This document shows positions 8,834-18,351 of a stretch of DNA of 61,801 nucleotides, piece after piece (position 1 is the stretch's first letter; each line of letters begins with the position of its first letter). This DNA comes from Elainellaceae cyanobacterium (GTDB lineage Bacteria; Cyanobacteriota; Cyanobacteriia; CAKZMO01): assembly GCA_050330955.1 (NCBI GenBank), contig JBHJHJ010000133.1, positions 1 to 61,801 on the forward strand, given 5' to 3'. Under the pieces are notes generated by a model, which saw nothing but the letters and a program-made list of their open reading frames with translations, was not told the DNA's origin and ran no database searches. The translations under genes and the position numbers were made by a program.

Positions 8834-11053
8834 TTGAGTCATACCCCGCAGCTCCTCAACGTCGCCAGTATCTCGCTGACGCCAGAACAGCTTACACTTG
8901 CTGAGCGGGTTGCTCAGCAGGCTCAAGCCCTATGGACCCAAGAGCCACGACCGCTGCAGGGGGACTGTGCTGCAGTCAAGACCATTTTGAAAGTGCTGCT
9001 GGCCCTGGGCTACCGGATTGAGAGCGCACCTAACGCGACCGCCCTGGTTTCTCCTAGTGCGATCGCCACAGGGTCCACTGCCTCTAGAGACTTAGCCTCG
9101 GCTGAACTGCCAGACATTGCCCTTGCCCTCAACACCCTCAAAGAATCCTCAGATCTAAACCTAGCTTCCCTGCTTACCCTGCAGCGGCAAACCATCAAGC
9201 TCCGGCCCCAGTCCCCCTCAATTTATCGTGCGCTGGGGGAAGCCATCCTGCAGATTGGTGAACCGCTGATGGCCTACGATGTCTTGGCTGAAGGGCTCAA
9301 GCCGTGGCCCAACGACCTCAGGCTACAGCAGCTCCTGGCCTTGGCTTTAGCCCGCAGTGGCTCCACGGTTGCGGCCAACACCCTCCTAACCTGTCTGGTG
9401 GAGCATGGGCATCAAGACGAGGAGACTGTCGGACTGCTGGCCCGGACCCACAAAGATCTCTGGACACAGGCCCTAGCGCCAGAAGAGGCGGCGAGGCACC
9501 TGCGCTTAGCGGCCCAGCGCTATCAGCAGGCTTACGATCTGACCGGCAGCATCTGGGTGGGCATTAATGCTGCGACGATGGCTTGCCTGATGAATCATCT
9601 GGAGCGCGCCCAGGAGCTGGCGCAGGTGATTAAACAGAGCTGTCTCGACCAGCTTGCCGCCCTGGATCAGGGGTGTGGGGACCCCTATTGGCTGCTGGCG
9701 ACCCTGGGAGAGGCGGCACTTATCTTGAAGGATTGGGCTGCTGCAGAAGCCTTTTACGGTGAGGCGATTGCCCAGGGACAGGGCCGGTTCGGAGACTTTA
9801 GCTCTAGCCGCCGTAATGCGCTGCTGTTAGGTCAGCACTTAGACCTGGACCTAGGGCGAATTAAGCAGTGGTTTCATATTCCTCAGGTGGTCGTTTTCTG
9901 TGGCCATCGGATTGACACCCCCGATCGCCCGCATCCCCGGTTTCCGCCTGAGCTAGAGCCGAAGGTGTACGAGGCCATTCGCGATCGCCTCCTGCGCATC
10001 GGTGCCCGCTTTGGCTACGCCTCTGCGGCCTGCGGGGCCGATATTTTGTTTCTAGAGGCGCTCCACTCTCTGCAGGGTGAGCTCCATATTGTGCTGCCCT
10101 ACAACCAAAAAGATTTCGTTGAAGATGCCGTCCGCATTCGGCCCGACGGGCAGTGGGAAAAGCGGTTTGAGCGGGTCATGGGGGAAGCCAGCGAGGTGGT
10201 GGTGACGTCCCAGCATAAGATGCAGCAGAGCCCCGTAGTCTACGACTATTCCAACCGGCTTCTGCACGGGCTGGCCAAAATTCGGGCAGAGCAGCTGGGC
10301 ACCGATCTGGTTCCCTTGACGGTTTGGGATGGACAGCCGGGGAATGGCTCACGAGGAACGGCTAGTACGGTGAGTCAGTGGCATCAGTGGAGTGAGGCCG
10401 TAGAGGTGGTCGATCTGGCGGCGCTGCTCAAGGCCCAGCCGCTGCACCTGCCGTCACCATCTACCCCCTCCGCCCAGACGGCGCCCTCTGAAGACGCTTC
10501 CGACCAAGCGCTGCGGGCGCTGTTGTTTGCCGACGTGGTTAACTACACTCGCCTGAGCGAAGCGCAGTTTTTCCCGTTTGCGGACCATTTCTTGGGGGCT
10601 GTGGCCCGGCTGCTAGACGCTTCAAGCTATCGACCTCTGATGCGAAATACCTGGGGAGACGCAATTTATATGGTGTTTGCCACCGTTGAGCACGCCGGAC
10701 AGGCAGCGCTAGATTTATGCGACTTGGTGCAGCAGGCCAACTGGAGCGAGAAGGGACTGCCTGCCGACTTAAACCTAAGAATTGCTCTGCATGCCGGGCC
10801 AGTGTCTAGCAAGGTGGATCCGCTGACCGGGCAGGCAAACTATGTGGGCACCCACGTGAACCACACCGCTCGGATTGAACCCATCACCCCGCCGGGTAAG
10901 GTCTACGCTAGTCAGGCTTTTGCGGCGATCGCGTCTTCGGAGGGGCAAACCAGCTTCAGCTGTGACTATGTAGGCCAGATGCCTTGGGCCAAGCACTACG
11001 GTACGTTTCCCACCTACAACGTCCGTAGAGCGCGAAGCGCTAGCCTGGTGTGA
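8834..11053 (+). CDS. TPR/DUF4071 (MAP3K TRAF-binding-like) domain + SLOG-like Rossmann domain + class III nucleotidyl cyclase
   Basis: ETVGLLARTHKDLW, GINAAT, DPYWLLATLGEA; FCGHRID...ASAACGADILF; LFADVVNYT, WGDA, RIALHAGPV, GTHVNHTARIE. Confidence 0.8.
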   Translation: MSHTPQLLNVASISLTPEQLTLAERVAQQAQALWTQEPRPLQGDCAAVKTILKVLLALGYRIESAPNATALVSPSAIATGSTASRDLASAELPDIALALNTLKESSDLNLASLLTLQRQTIKLRPQSPSIYRALGEAILQIGEPLMAYDVLAEGLKPWPNDLRLQQLLALALARSGSTVAANTLLTCLVEHGHQDEETVGLLARTHKDLWTQALAPEEAARHLRLAAQRYQQAYDLTGSIWVGINAATMACLMNHLERAQELAQVIKQSCLDQLAALDQGCGDPYWLLATLGEAALILKDWAAAEAFYGEAIAQGQGRFGDFSSSRRNALLLGQHLDLDLGRIKQWFHIPQVVVFCGHRIDTPDRPHPRFPPELEPKVYEAIRDRLLRIGARFGYASAACGADILFLEALHSLQGELHIVLPYNQKDFVEDAVRIRPDGQWEKRFERVMGEASEVVVTSQHKMQQSPVVYDYSNRLLHGLAKIRAEQLGTDLVPLTVWDGQPGNGSRGTASTVSQWHQWSEAVEVVDLAALLKAQPLHLPSPSTPSAQTAPSEDASDQALRALLFADVVNYTRLSEAQFFPFADHFLGAVARLLDASSYRPLMRNTWGDAIYMVFATVEHAGQAALDLCDLVQQANWSEKGLPADLNLRIALHAGPVSSKVDPLTGQANYVGTHVNHTARIEPITPPGKVYASQAFAAIASSEGQTSFSCDYVGQMPWAKHYGTFPTYNVRRARSASLV

Positions 11054-11069
11054 ATACTGCGATCGCAGC

Positions 11070-12167
11070 CTACCCGTCTTCTAATACTGAAATCGCTCCC
11101 TGCAACAGATCATGCCCCTCTGCCACCGACTCGATGCGGCAGAGCTTATCTCGCAGCTCCGCCGCGCCGGGGAAGCCTTTGGCATACCAGGCCATGTGCT
11201 TGCGGGCCTGACGGATGCCCCGCTCCCCTTTATAGTCCACCAGCATCTGCAGGTGCTCCTGGGCGCAGCGCAGCCGCTCGGTCACCTTTGGCAGCGGCGG
11301 CGCTTCCCCAGTGCGCAGCGCGTGGTCGATCTGCCCCACCAAAAACGGGTAGCCCAGGGTGCCGCGAGAGCACATCACGCCGTCGGCTCCCGTCTGCTCT
11401 AGGCAGGCGATCGCCGACGCCACCGAAAAGATATCACCGTTGGCGATGACCGGAATCCCGATGGACTGCTTGACGCGAGCGATCCACTCCCAGCGGGCCT
11501 GGCCCGTGTAGCCCTGAGCGCGGGTGCGACCGTGCAGGGTGAGCATCTGCGCCCCAGCGTTTTCCATGGCGCGGGCAAACTCTATGGCATTGATGTGGTC
11601 GTCGTCCCAGCCAATACGGGTCTTGACGGTGACGGGCACAGCAACCGCCTCGGCCACCGCTGCCACCAGCCGCACCGCCATATCTGGGTCTCGCAGCAGA
11701 GAGGAGCCGCCCCCCTTCTTGGTGATCTTGTTCACCGGGCAGCCCATGTTGATGTCAATGGTGAGGCTGCCCTGGCCCACAGCGCGGCGAGCAGCCTCCG
11801 CCATAAAATCGGGACGGCAGTCAAACAGCTGGATGCTCACGGGCCGCTCATCACAGTCGATCTCCATAAGCTGGGGCAGCGCCTTGAGGTGGTGAAGCTC
11901 GCTGGCGCTCACCATCTCGGTATACATCATGGAATGGGGGGCATAGCGGCGCACCAGCCGCCGGAACACTAGATCTGTGACGCCAGATAGGGGAGACTGC
12001 AGCACCCGGCTCGCTATGCTGACGGCACCGATCTGCAGAGGCAATGAGAGGCGATCGCGTAGGGCTGGCGAGACCTCGACAGCGCCAGCGTGGGCGGAGC
12101 CCGTATCGCGTAGGGCTGGCGAGACCTCGACAGCGCCAGCTTGAGTGGAAACTTCAGCGACAGTCAT
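11070..12167 (-). CDS. dusB: tRNA dihydrouridine synthase B
   Basis: QSPLSGVTD, TEMVS, IDINMGCP, VKTRIGW, HGRT, ANGDI. Confidence 0.95.
   Translation of the reverse strand: MTVAEVSTQAGAVEVSPALRDTGSAHAGAVEVSPALRDRLSLPLQIGAVSIASRVLQSPLSGVTDLVFRRLVRRYAPHSMMYTEMVSASELHHLKALPQLMEIDCDERPVSIQLFDCRPDFMAEAARRAVGQGSLTIDINMGCPVNKITKKGGGSSLLRDPDMAVRLVAAVAEAVAVPVTVKTRIGWDDDHINAIEFARAMENAGAQMLTLHGRTRAQGYTGQARWEWIARVKQSIGIPVIANGDIFSVASAIACLEQTGADGVMCSRGTLGYPFLVGQIDHALRTGEAPPLPKVTERLRCAQEHLQMLVDYKGERGIRQARKHMAWYAKGFPGAAELRDKLCRIESVAEGHDLLQGAISVLEDG
12054..12140. repeat. Perfect 36-bp direct repeat (51-bp period) in the dusB 5' end
   Basis: ATCGCGTAGGGCTGGCGAGACCTCGACAGCGCCAGC at 12054-12089 and 12105-12140; encodes AGAVEVSPALRD twice. 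Confidence 0.9.
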
Positions 12168-12515
12168 GCGGGTAGCAGGGTCAACGAGCCGATAGGGTCA
12201 GTACAGCGGGTAGCTGGAGGGATGCTTAAATAAATTAACAGGTGCAGAGCGCAAAAAAGGAAATTGCCCTGTTTGAAACATCAAATATCGGTGAAACTGG
12301 TAAGAACCCCCAGCAGAATATGCAGAATGATGAAGTGCATTGCCCCCAATTATTGAATAGGCAACCATAAGTAAGTGTAGCCATAAGTAAATATAGCCAC
12401 GAATCGCTATAACTTCCATCGTGCCGTTGGCATGGTATCGAAAACTTTGGGCTACCCACTTATTATTCTCCTGGCGACAGAGTAATGAGTTTTGCACTTT
12501 ATCCCATAGACTGCG

Positions 12516-15500
12516 TTGAAGCAAAAATCTTATAGAACCATCACTATTTCGCTGCGCCTGCTCATAACGCTGCCAATAGTGCTCCAGCTCATTGGCCTTA
12601 CGGCACTTATCGGCCACATTATCTTTCAGGGGGGACGACGGGCCACTGAGAATGTTGCCTTACAGCTTTTGGAAGAAACTGGCCACCGCGTGGTGCAGCA
12701 GATTGATACCTATCTTCAGCTAGCGGAGCGAGTCAATCAGAACCATGTGACTGCCTTTCAAGCAGGTCTACTCGATACTCAACGTCTGGAACAGCTGCAT
12801 CGATACCTCATCTTAGAACTCCAGCAACACGATGACCTAACCTCATTACTGTTCACAACGCCAGAAGGTGATGCTAGAGTCGTTCACAGGGTTGAACCCG
12901 AACGCATTACGCCGGGCTCGACACAGTTCACGGAATCTGAGCTGCTGATTGAGGCTGGTTTGACCACGTCAGGTCCTTCTAGGGAACTACTGCTCTACAG
13001 TACTGACGCTGCAGGCAATTTGAATCGCTTGCTGGAGACCTTAAAGGACTTTGACATCCGCAGGCGTCCTTGGTACCGCCAGGGGGCTGAGCGCGGCCAG
13101 TCGGGATGGGTGGAGCCTTTCCATTCTAGAGTTGCCGATCTGCTGGTGCTCAATGCCTATACCCCCGTGTATGACGCATCAGGGGCTCTGCAGGGCGTGT
13201 TTAGTGCCAACATCAGTCTCAACAAAATCAGCGAGTTCCTCTACTATCTGGAGCCTAGCGAGACTGGTGCAATATTTATTATGGCAGAACAGGATGGACG
13301 GCTCATTGCAGATTCAGTTAGCAGGGCCGCTCACATCGCTCCGGTTGCACAATCTGAAACTGATTTTAGCCCAAGGGAAAGTCAAGGTCTCAGTCGGTTG
13401 GCTGCCGCTAAAAGCCACAATGCTCTAATCCGTCAAACGGCCAGACATTTGCTCTCTCGGTTCGAAGCGTTCAACGAAATTCAAACTCCGCAGCAAGTCT
13501 CAATCCAAATTGATAATAACCAGTATTTTGTCCAAGTCACACCCTACGATCGCGGCAGAAGCCTGAGCTGGCTGATTGTTACAGTTGTCCCTGAGTATCG
13601 ATTCATTGGCGGTATCTACAGCAGCTTACACCGCATGCTTGCCGTATCTGCGCTGATTTTGCTGGGTACGATCACCCTTTGCTTTTGGATGGCCCGGCGG
13701 ATAACGCGCCCCATTGTGGCGCTCAACCAAAATGCCCAGGCCTTCGAGCGGGGCGAGCTTGCCTATCAGCCTGACCTGACGCGAGTACAGGAAATCAATT
13801 CTCTGCAGCAGACGTTTTACCAGATGGCGTCACGTCTTAGAGAACTCCTCTCCAACCTAGAGCGCCAGGTGCAGCAGCAGACCGCAGAGCTGCGACGGAG
13901 TGAGGCTAACCTAAAAGAGGCGCAGCGCATTGCCATGATGGGAAGCTGGACGCTTGATGTGGCAACCGAAACTATTCTTTGGTCTGATGAGCTGCTGCAA
14001 ATTTATGGCCTGCAGGGGGCAGAGCCCAGACCCAATTGCACTAAATTCTTGAGCCACCTGCCGCCGGACGATCGCGATGTGCTGAAAGCGGCTGTTGAGC
14101 AGGCGATCGCCACAGGGCAACCCTACGAGGTTGAGCACGAGTTCAACCACCCTGACGGTAAAACCCTCTGCGTCATCAGTCGGGGAGAGGCCGTATTTGA
14201 CGGCCAAGGCCGAGTGGTTGAGCTGGTGGGTACGGCTACCGACATTAGCGATCGCAAATGGGCTGAGCTACAGCAGCAGCAGTATTTGCGGGAGCTGGCA
14301 GAATGGCGCAACTGCTACGATATGGCAGCTAGGGCCAGTGGCCAGGTGCTGTTTGAATACGACTGGACGATGGATGAACAACGCTGGGGACCGAATACAG
14401 AAGAGGTCTTGGGCTATCCAGTCGATCAACTGCCTGCAGATATGGGGGGCTACATCTCGCTCATCTATCCAGAAGATCGACCTGCGTTCGAGAAAATGTT
14501 AGCAGTCTGCAGAAACTCGTCCAGTGTCTACAGGCTTGAGTTTCGGTTTCTAAGGCCCGATGACACTTATATCTGGGTAGAAGAGCGGGGAGCAACCCGT
14601 TTTGACACGATGGGCAGGGCCATTCAGCAGATTGGCTATATCAGCAATATTAGTGAGCAGAAGCGGCTTGAGCGGGAGCTGGTTAAAACCCGGGACTTCA
14701 AAGAGCTCCTTTTTAATGAGTCTACTGATGCGCTGTTCCTCGTCGATGTGGTCACAAGACGAATTCTAGACTGTAATCAGCGGGCGGTTGAGCTGTTTGG
14801 CGTATCGCGCAAAAATGACCTAATTGACGTTGAAGGACACACCCTCCAAAAGCGGCAGCTGACGCCAGCAGAAAGAAATGCTGCCTGGCAGCAGCTCATA
14901 CAGCGAGGATTCTGGGCTACGGAGACAGAGTATGTAACCCCGAGCGGGCGGGAGTTTTGGGGCGATCTGTCCGCTAAGCTAATCGAGTTTGGGGGGCAGC
15001 AGTTCAACCTCGTTAGGGTGACGGATATCAGCGATCGCAAGCGAGCAGAACTGGCGCTCCAGTCCCAAAACGCCGAGCTAGAGAAGCTAGCGACGGTTGA
15101 CAGCCTCACTCAAGTTGCCAATCGGCGGCAGCTCGAGGCCACTCTCCACCGGGAGTGGCACTGGCACCAGCAGACCCAATGCCCGCTGACCCTCATCATG
15201 CTTGACATCGACCATTTCAAAACCTTCAACGATCGGTATGGCCATCCCGCAGGGGACGTCTGCCTGCACCGCGTGGCCCAAGCGCTGCAAAGCGTCGTTA
15301 ATCGTCCGAAGGATTTGGTTGCTCGCTACGGGGGGGAAGAATTTACGCTGCTGCTGCCCGATACGGACTACTCCGGGGCGGTATCTATCGCTCAACAGAT
15401 TCAGCAGGCTGTCGCTGCCCTTGCGATCGCTAACCCCACACACAGTGGACAGTCCCTTACGGTTAGCATGGGAGCTGTAGCGGTCTACATTTCTGACCAG

Positions 15501-15623
15501 CTCACCCTGAAGCATGCGCTAGCTCGGGCTGATGAAGCTCTGTACCAGGCCAAACAGGCGCGAAACACATATTGCATCGAGCAGCTTGGGTTCAAAACCC
15601 ATTTTGAAGACCGTACAAGCTAA
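12516..15623 (+). CDS. Membrane sensor diguanylate cyclase (Cache-HAMP-PAS x3-GGDEF)
   Basis: Two TM segments, RRRPWY Cache motif, HAMP, PAS/PAC DISDRK motifs, DIDHFKTFND, I-site RPKD, ARYGGEEF. Confidence 0.92.
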   Translation: MKQKSYRTITISLRLLITLPIVLQLIGLTALIGHIIFQGGRRATENVALQLLEETGHRVVQQIDTYLQLAERVNQNHVTAFQAGLLDTQRLEQLHRYLILELQQHDDLTSLLFTTPEGDARVVHRVEPERITPGSTQFTESELLIEAGLTTSGPSRELLLYSTDAAGNLNRLLETLKDFDIRRRPWYRQGAERGQSGWVEPFHSRVADLLVLNAYTPVYDASGALQGVFSANISLNKISEFLYYLEPSETGAIFIMAEQDGRLIADSVSRAAHIAPVAQSETDFSPRESQGLSRLAAAKSHNALIRQTARHLLSRFEAFNEIQTPQQVSIQIDNNQYFVQVTPYDRGRSLSWLIVTVVPEYRFIGGIYSSLHRMLAVSALILLGTITLCFWMARRITRPIVALNQNAQAFERGELAYQPDLTRVQEINSLQQTFYQMASRLRELLSNLERQVQQQTAELRRSEANLKEAQRIAMMGSWTLDVATETILWSDELLQIYGLQGAEPRPNCTKFLSHLPPDDRDVLKAAVEQAIATGQPYEVEHEFNHPDGKTLCVISRGEAVFDGQGRVVELVGTATDISDRKWAELQQQQYLRELAEWRNCYDMAARASGQVLFEYDWTMDEQRWGPNTEEVLGYPVDQLPADMGGYISLIYPEDRPAFEKMLAVCRNSSSVYRLEFRFLRPDDTYIWVEERGATRFDTMGRAIQQIGYISNISEQKRLERELVKTRDFKELLFNESTDALFLVDVVTRRILDCNQRAVELFGVSRKNDLIDVEGHTLQKRQLTPAERNAAWQQLIQRGFWATETEYVTPSGREFWGDLSAKLIEFGGQQFNLVRVTDISDRKRAELALQSQNAELEKLATVDSLTQVANRRQLEATLHREWHWHQQTQCPLTLIMLDIDHFKTFNDRYGHPAGDVCLHRVAQALQSVVNRPKDLVARYGGEEFTLLLPDTDYSGAVSIAQQIQQAVAALAIANPTHSGQSLTVSMGAVAVYISDQLTLKHALARADEALYQAKQARNTYCIEQLGFKTHFEDRTS

Positions 15624-15731
15624 TCCCATGAGGTCCGGCGGCGATTGACTTGAGGGCTCCGCTCTAGTCGCAAATCGCTGCTATGCTGCTTCTAACCGCC
15701 ACTAACATCACTGACTGCCGGTCGTAGGTCT

Positions 15732-17156
15732 ATGGAAGGCTACATCGTCTCCCTAATTATTTTTACTGCCATATTTGCGCTCTTCAGTCTCGGACTCAAC
15801 TTACAGTGGGGTTTCACGGGCCTAATCAACTTCGGCCACGTGGCGTTTATGGTGGTCGGGTCCTATCTTGTCGTTATCCTGACCACCCAGGGTTACTTAA
15901 AAGAGATTCCGCTGCAGATGCTAGAGCGCTTTACCTGGATGCAGGCTACTCCCCTAGTCCGTATCCTCCCGGCGGTGAGCAGCAGGCTTCCGGCCCAGCT
16001 TCCCATCTGGGTTGCGCTGCTGTTGGGGGCGCTATCGGCAGCGCTTTTGGGTCTGCTTATGGGGCTAGCCACTCTAAGGCTGCGAGAAGACTACTTGGCC
16101 ATCGTCACCATCGGCATGGCGGAAATGCTGCGGCTCGTCGCCCTCAATGAGCAGTGGCTCACGCGGGGAACTTTTGGCATTCAGCAGTTTCCGCTGCCCC
16201 TCAGCCAGCTTCAGCCCGGTGCTCTAATGCGGCTGCTGATGATCGCGGTGCTGACGGCGATCGCCGGGTTAGGGCTGTGGCGGCTGTGGCGCTGGGCAGC
16301 GCGGCAAATCAGGTCGGCCAGATTAGCAGCGCTAATGCGCGGTGTGGCGGGCCTGCTGGCCTATCTTGGGGCGCTGGCGGGGGCGATCGCTGGCGCCCTT
16401 GGGACAACCCAAATTATCGACCGCGCTGGCGGACAGTCTGGAGCGGTTCCAGACTGGGGATTGAGCCTCATTTTGCTGAGCCTAATGGGGCTAGTGGGCT
16501 GGCTGGCTGTGCGCCTAGCGCGGCGGTTCCAACTGGCGGCCCAAGGCGAAGCGGTGGTGCTGACGGCGGCGATCGCCATTGGGGCGCTGGGGCTCTGGGT
16601 TTACGGCTACGCCGCCTCAGCCCTCTATCACTACGACCGCAACCCCACCAAAACAGGGCTGATGTGGCTCTGCGTCGTCATTGTTGCTACAACCTACGCG
16701 GCCCTACAGCGGCTGGTGACTTCGCCCTGGGGCCGGGTGCTAAAAGCCATTCGCGAAGACGAGCAGGTGGCCCGCGCTCTGGGGAAAAACGCTTTTTGGT
16801 ACAAGCTTCAGTCCCTCATGCTGGGGGGGGCGATCGCAGGGGTGGCGGGGGCGCTGTACGCTTGGCAGTTGACCACGGTCTACCCCGACAACTTTCGCCC
16901 CCTAGAGACCTTCAACGCCTGGACGATTGTGGTGCTAGGGGGCGCAGGCAGCAACGCAGGTACCCTGCTGGGGGCGGCGATTTTCTGGACGTATCAAACC
17001 CTGACGCGCTTTACCTTGGAAGATGTGGTGCCTCTCGACAGCGCCCAGCTTGGGGCTTTTCGAATCATGGTGATTGGCCTGCTGCTGATGGTGATGATGA
17101 TTTGGCGGCCCCAGGGAATTTTGGGGCGTTCAGAGGAGCTGACCCTTGACCGATAA
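15732..17156 (+). CDS. natC: Neutral amino-acid ABC permease (LivM/NatC type)
   Basis: LGLNLQWGFTGLINFGHVAF, LRLREDYLAIVT, WGRVLKAIREDE. Confidence 0.85.
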   Translation: MEGYIVSLIIFTAIFALFSLGLNLQWGFTGLINFGHVAFMVVGSYLVVILTTQGYLKEIPLQMLERFTWMQATPLVRILPAVSSRLPAQLPIWVALLLGALSAALLGLLMGLATLRLREDYLAIVTIGMAEMLRLVALNEQWLTRGTFGIQQFPLPLSQLQPGALMRLLMIAVLTAIAGLGLWRLWRWAARQIRSARLAALMRGVAGLLAYLGALAGAIAGALGTTQIIDRAGGQSGAVPDWGLSLILLSLMGLVGWLAVRLARRFQLAAQGEAVVLTAAIAIGALGLWVYGYAASALYHYDRNPTKTGLMWLCVVIVATTYAALQRLVTSPWGRVLKAIREDEQVARALGKNAFWYKLQSLMLGGAIAGVAGALYAWQLTTVYPDNFRPLETFNAWTIVVLGGAGSNAGTLLGAAIFWTYQTLTRFTLEDVVPLDSAQLGAFRIMVIGLLLMVMMIWRPQGILGRSEELTLDR

Positions 17157-17949
17157 ACCACCTCCGCTCCAACGGCGCGACGGCGCGACGGCAGGTCCCC
17201 TGCTAAAAGTTCAGGACGTTTCGAAGGCCTTTGGTGGTGTTCAAGCGGTATCCAATGTCTCCCTGAGGGTCCCACGCGGCAGCATCACCGGGCTGATTGG
17301 CCCCAACGGTGCGGGTAAGACGACGCTGTTTAACCTGTTGACCAACTTTATTCCTGCAGATAGCGGCCAGGTGCTGCTGGACGGCCAGCCCATTCACCGC
17401 CTTCCTCCCCACGCCATCACCCATCAAGGGCTAGTGCGGACGTTTCAGCGGGCGAGGGTGCTGTCGCGGCTGTCGGTGCTGGAGAACATGATGCTGGCGG
17501 CGCAGGAGCAGGCAGGGGAAAATTTCTGGACGGTTTGGCTGCGGCCTCGCCAGGTGGCCCAGCAGGAGCAGCAGCAGCGCCAGCGAGCAATGGAAATTCT
17601 GGAGTCTGTTGGCCTTGACGCAATGGCCCACAGCTATGCGGGGGCGCTGTCGGGCGGTCAGCGGAAGCTGCTGGAGATGGCGCGATCGCTCATGGTCCGG
17701 CCCAAGCTGTTGCTGCTAGATGAACCTGCGGCGGGCGTGAACCCGACGCTCATTAATCAGATTTGCCAGTACATTCGCGCCTGGAACCAGGCGGGGCTCA
17801 GCGTCCTGCTGATCGAGCACAATATGGACGTGGTGATGTCGCTGTGCGATCGCATCTGGGTGCTGGCAGAAGGGCGCAATTTGGCAGATGGCGCGCCAGA
17901 AGAGATTCAGCAAAATCCAGACGTGTTAGAGGCCTACTTGGGGCGTTGA
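17146..17949 (+). CDS. natA: Neutral amino-acid ABC ATPase (LivG/NatA type)
   Basis: GPNGAGKTT, LSGGQRKLLE, LLLDEPAAGVNP; overlaps the natC stop. Confidence 0.85.
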   Translation: MTDKPPPLQRRDGATAGPLLKVQDVSKAFGGVQAVSNVSLRVPRGSITGLIGPNGAGKTTLFNLLTNFIPADSGQVLLDGQPIHRLPPHAITHQGLVRTFQRARVLSRLSVLENMMLAAQEQAGENFWTVWLRPRQVAQQEQQQRQRAMEILESVGLDAMAHSYAGALSGGQRKLLEMARSLMVRPKLLLLDEPAAGVNPTLINQICQYIRAWNQAGLSVLLIEHNMDVVMSLCDRIWVLAEGRNLADGAPEEIQQNPDVLEAYLGR

Positions 17950-17979
17950 TTTTTGTGATCTGCCCCGATTAGACCAATT

Positions 17980-18006
17980 AAAAAGCTGGCCCGCAAAGGC
18001 CAGCTC
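17980..18006 (-). terminator. Rho-independent terminator
   Basis: Minus strand AGCTGGCC-TTTGCG-GGCCAGCT-TTTT. Confidence 0.8.
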
Positions 18007-18132
18007 TGTCTCTGTCAAATTGATACGATAGCGTTGCAGTCTCGAACGTTCCATATCCAGCGGAAAAGGTCAGCCCTGTGCGTTCCCTTGGCTGCCGTAC
18101 GATGACCGGAGGCGGTCTCGTCTCACTTCCAG
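17980..18132 (-). ncRNA. Putative ~150-nt small RNA
   Basis: Bounded by -10 TACACT (18143-18138) and a strong terminator; no ORF of 60 aa or more; family not identified. Confidence 0.5.
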
Positions 18133-18140
18133 GGGCTAGT

Positions 18141-18154
18141 GTAGCAAGATATAC
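18141..18154. promoter_or_regulatory. NtcA-type box overlapping the -10 of the putative sRNA
   Basis: GTAGCAAGATATAC = GTA-N8-TAC. Confidence 0.55.
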
Positions 18155-18351
18155 GGATCCTTTTCATAAAACTTTACACAGAATTTGGGGCGAAGCCATA
18201 ATGCTTGCTAATGCCTAAGCATTTGCCGCTGATGCACCGGATCCATCCTTCTCACGCCCCTTAGTTATGGCTACAGCCCATATTGGCCCGAATCCGCAAG
18301 CTTCTGCTTGCGCTTAGCCTCGTCTACTCTTTTCGACTTGCCCAAATTGCT

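Noticed and set aside
12054-12140. 36-bp repeats as a mini CRISPR array
   Set aside because: Only two units, 15-nt spacer, in frame within dusB, no cas genes
12198-12617. 139-aa and 74-aa minus-strand ORFs in AT-rich DNA; possible c-di-GMP riboswitch
   Set aside because: The longer ORF overlaps the GGDEF gene, neither has a motif or RBS, and no GEMM motif is seen; only a 16-bp tandem at 12365-12396
16154-17149. 331-aa alternative-frame ORF inside natC
   Set aside because: Arg/Gly/Ala-rich shadow of GC-rich coding sequence
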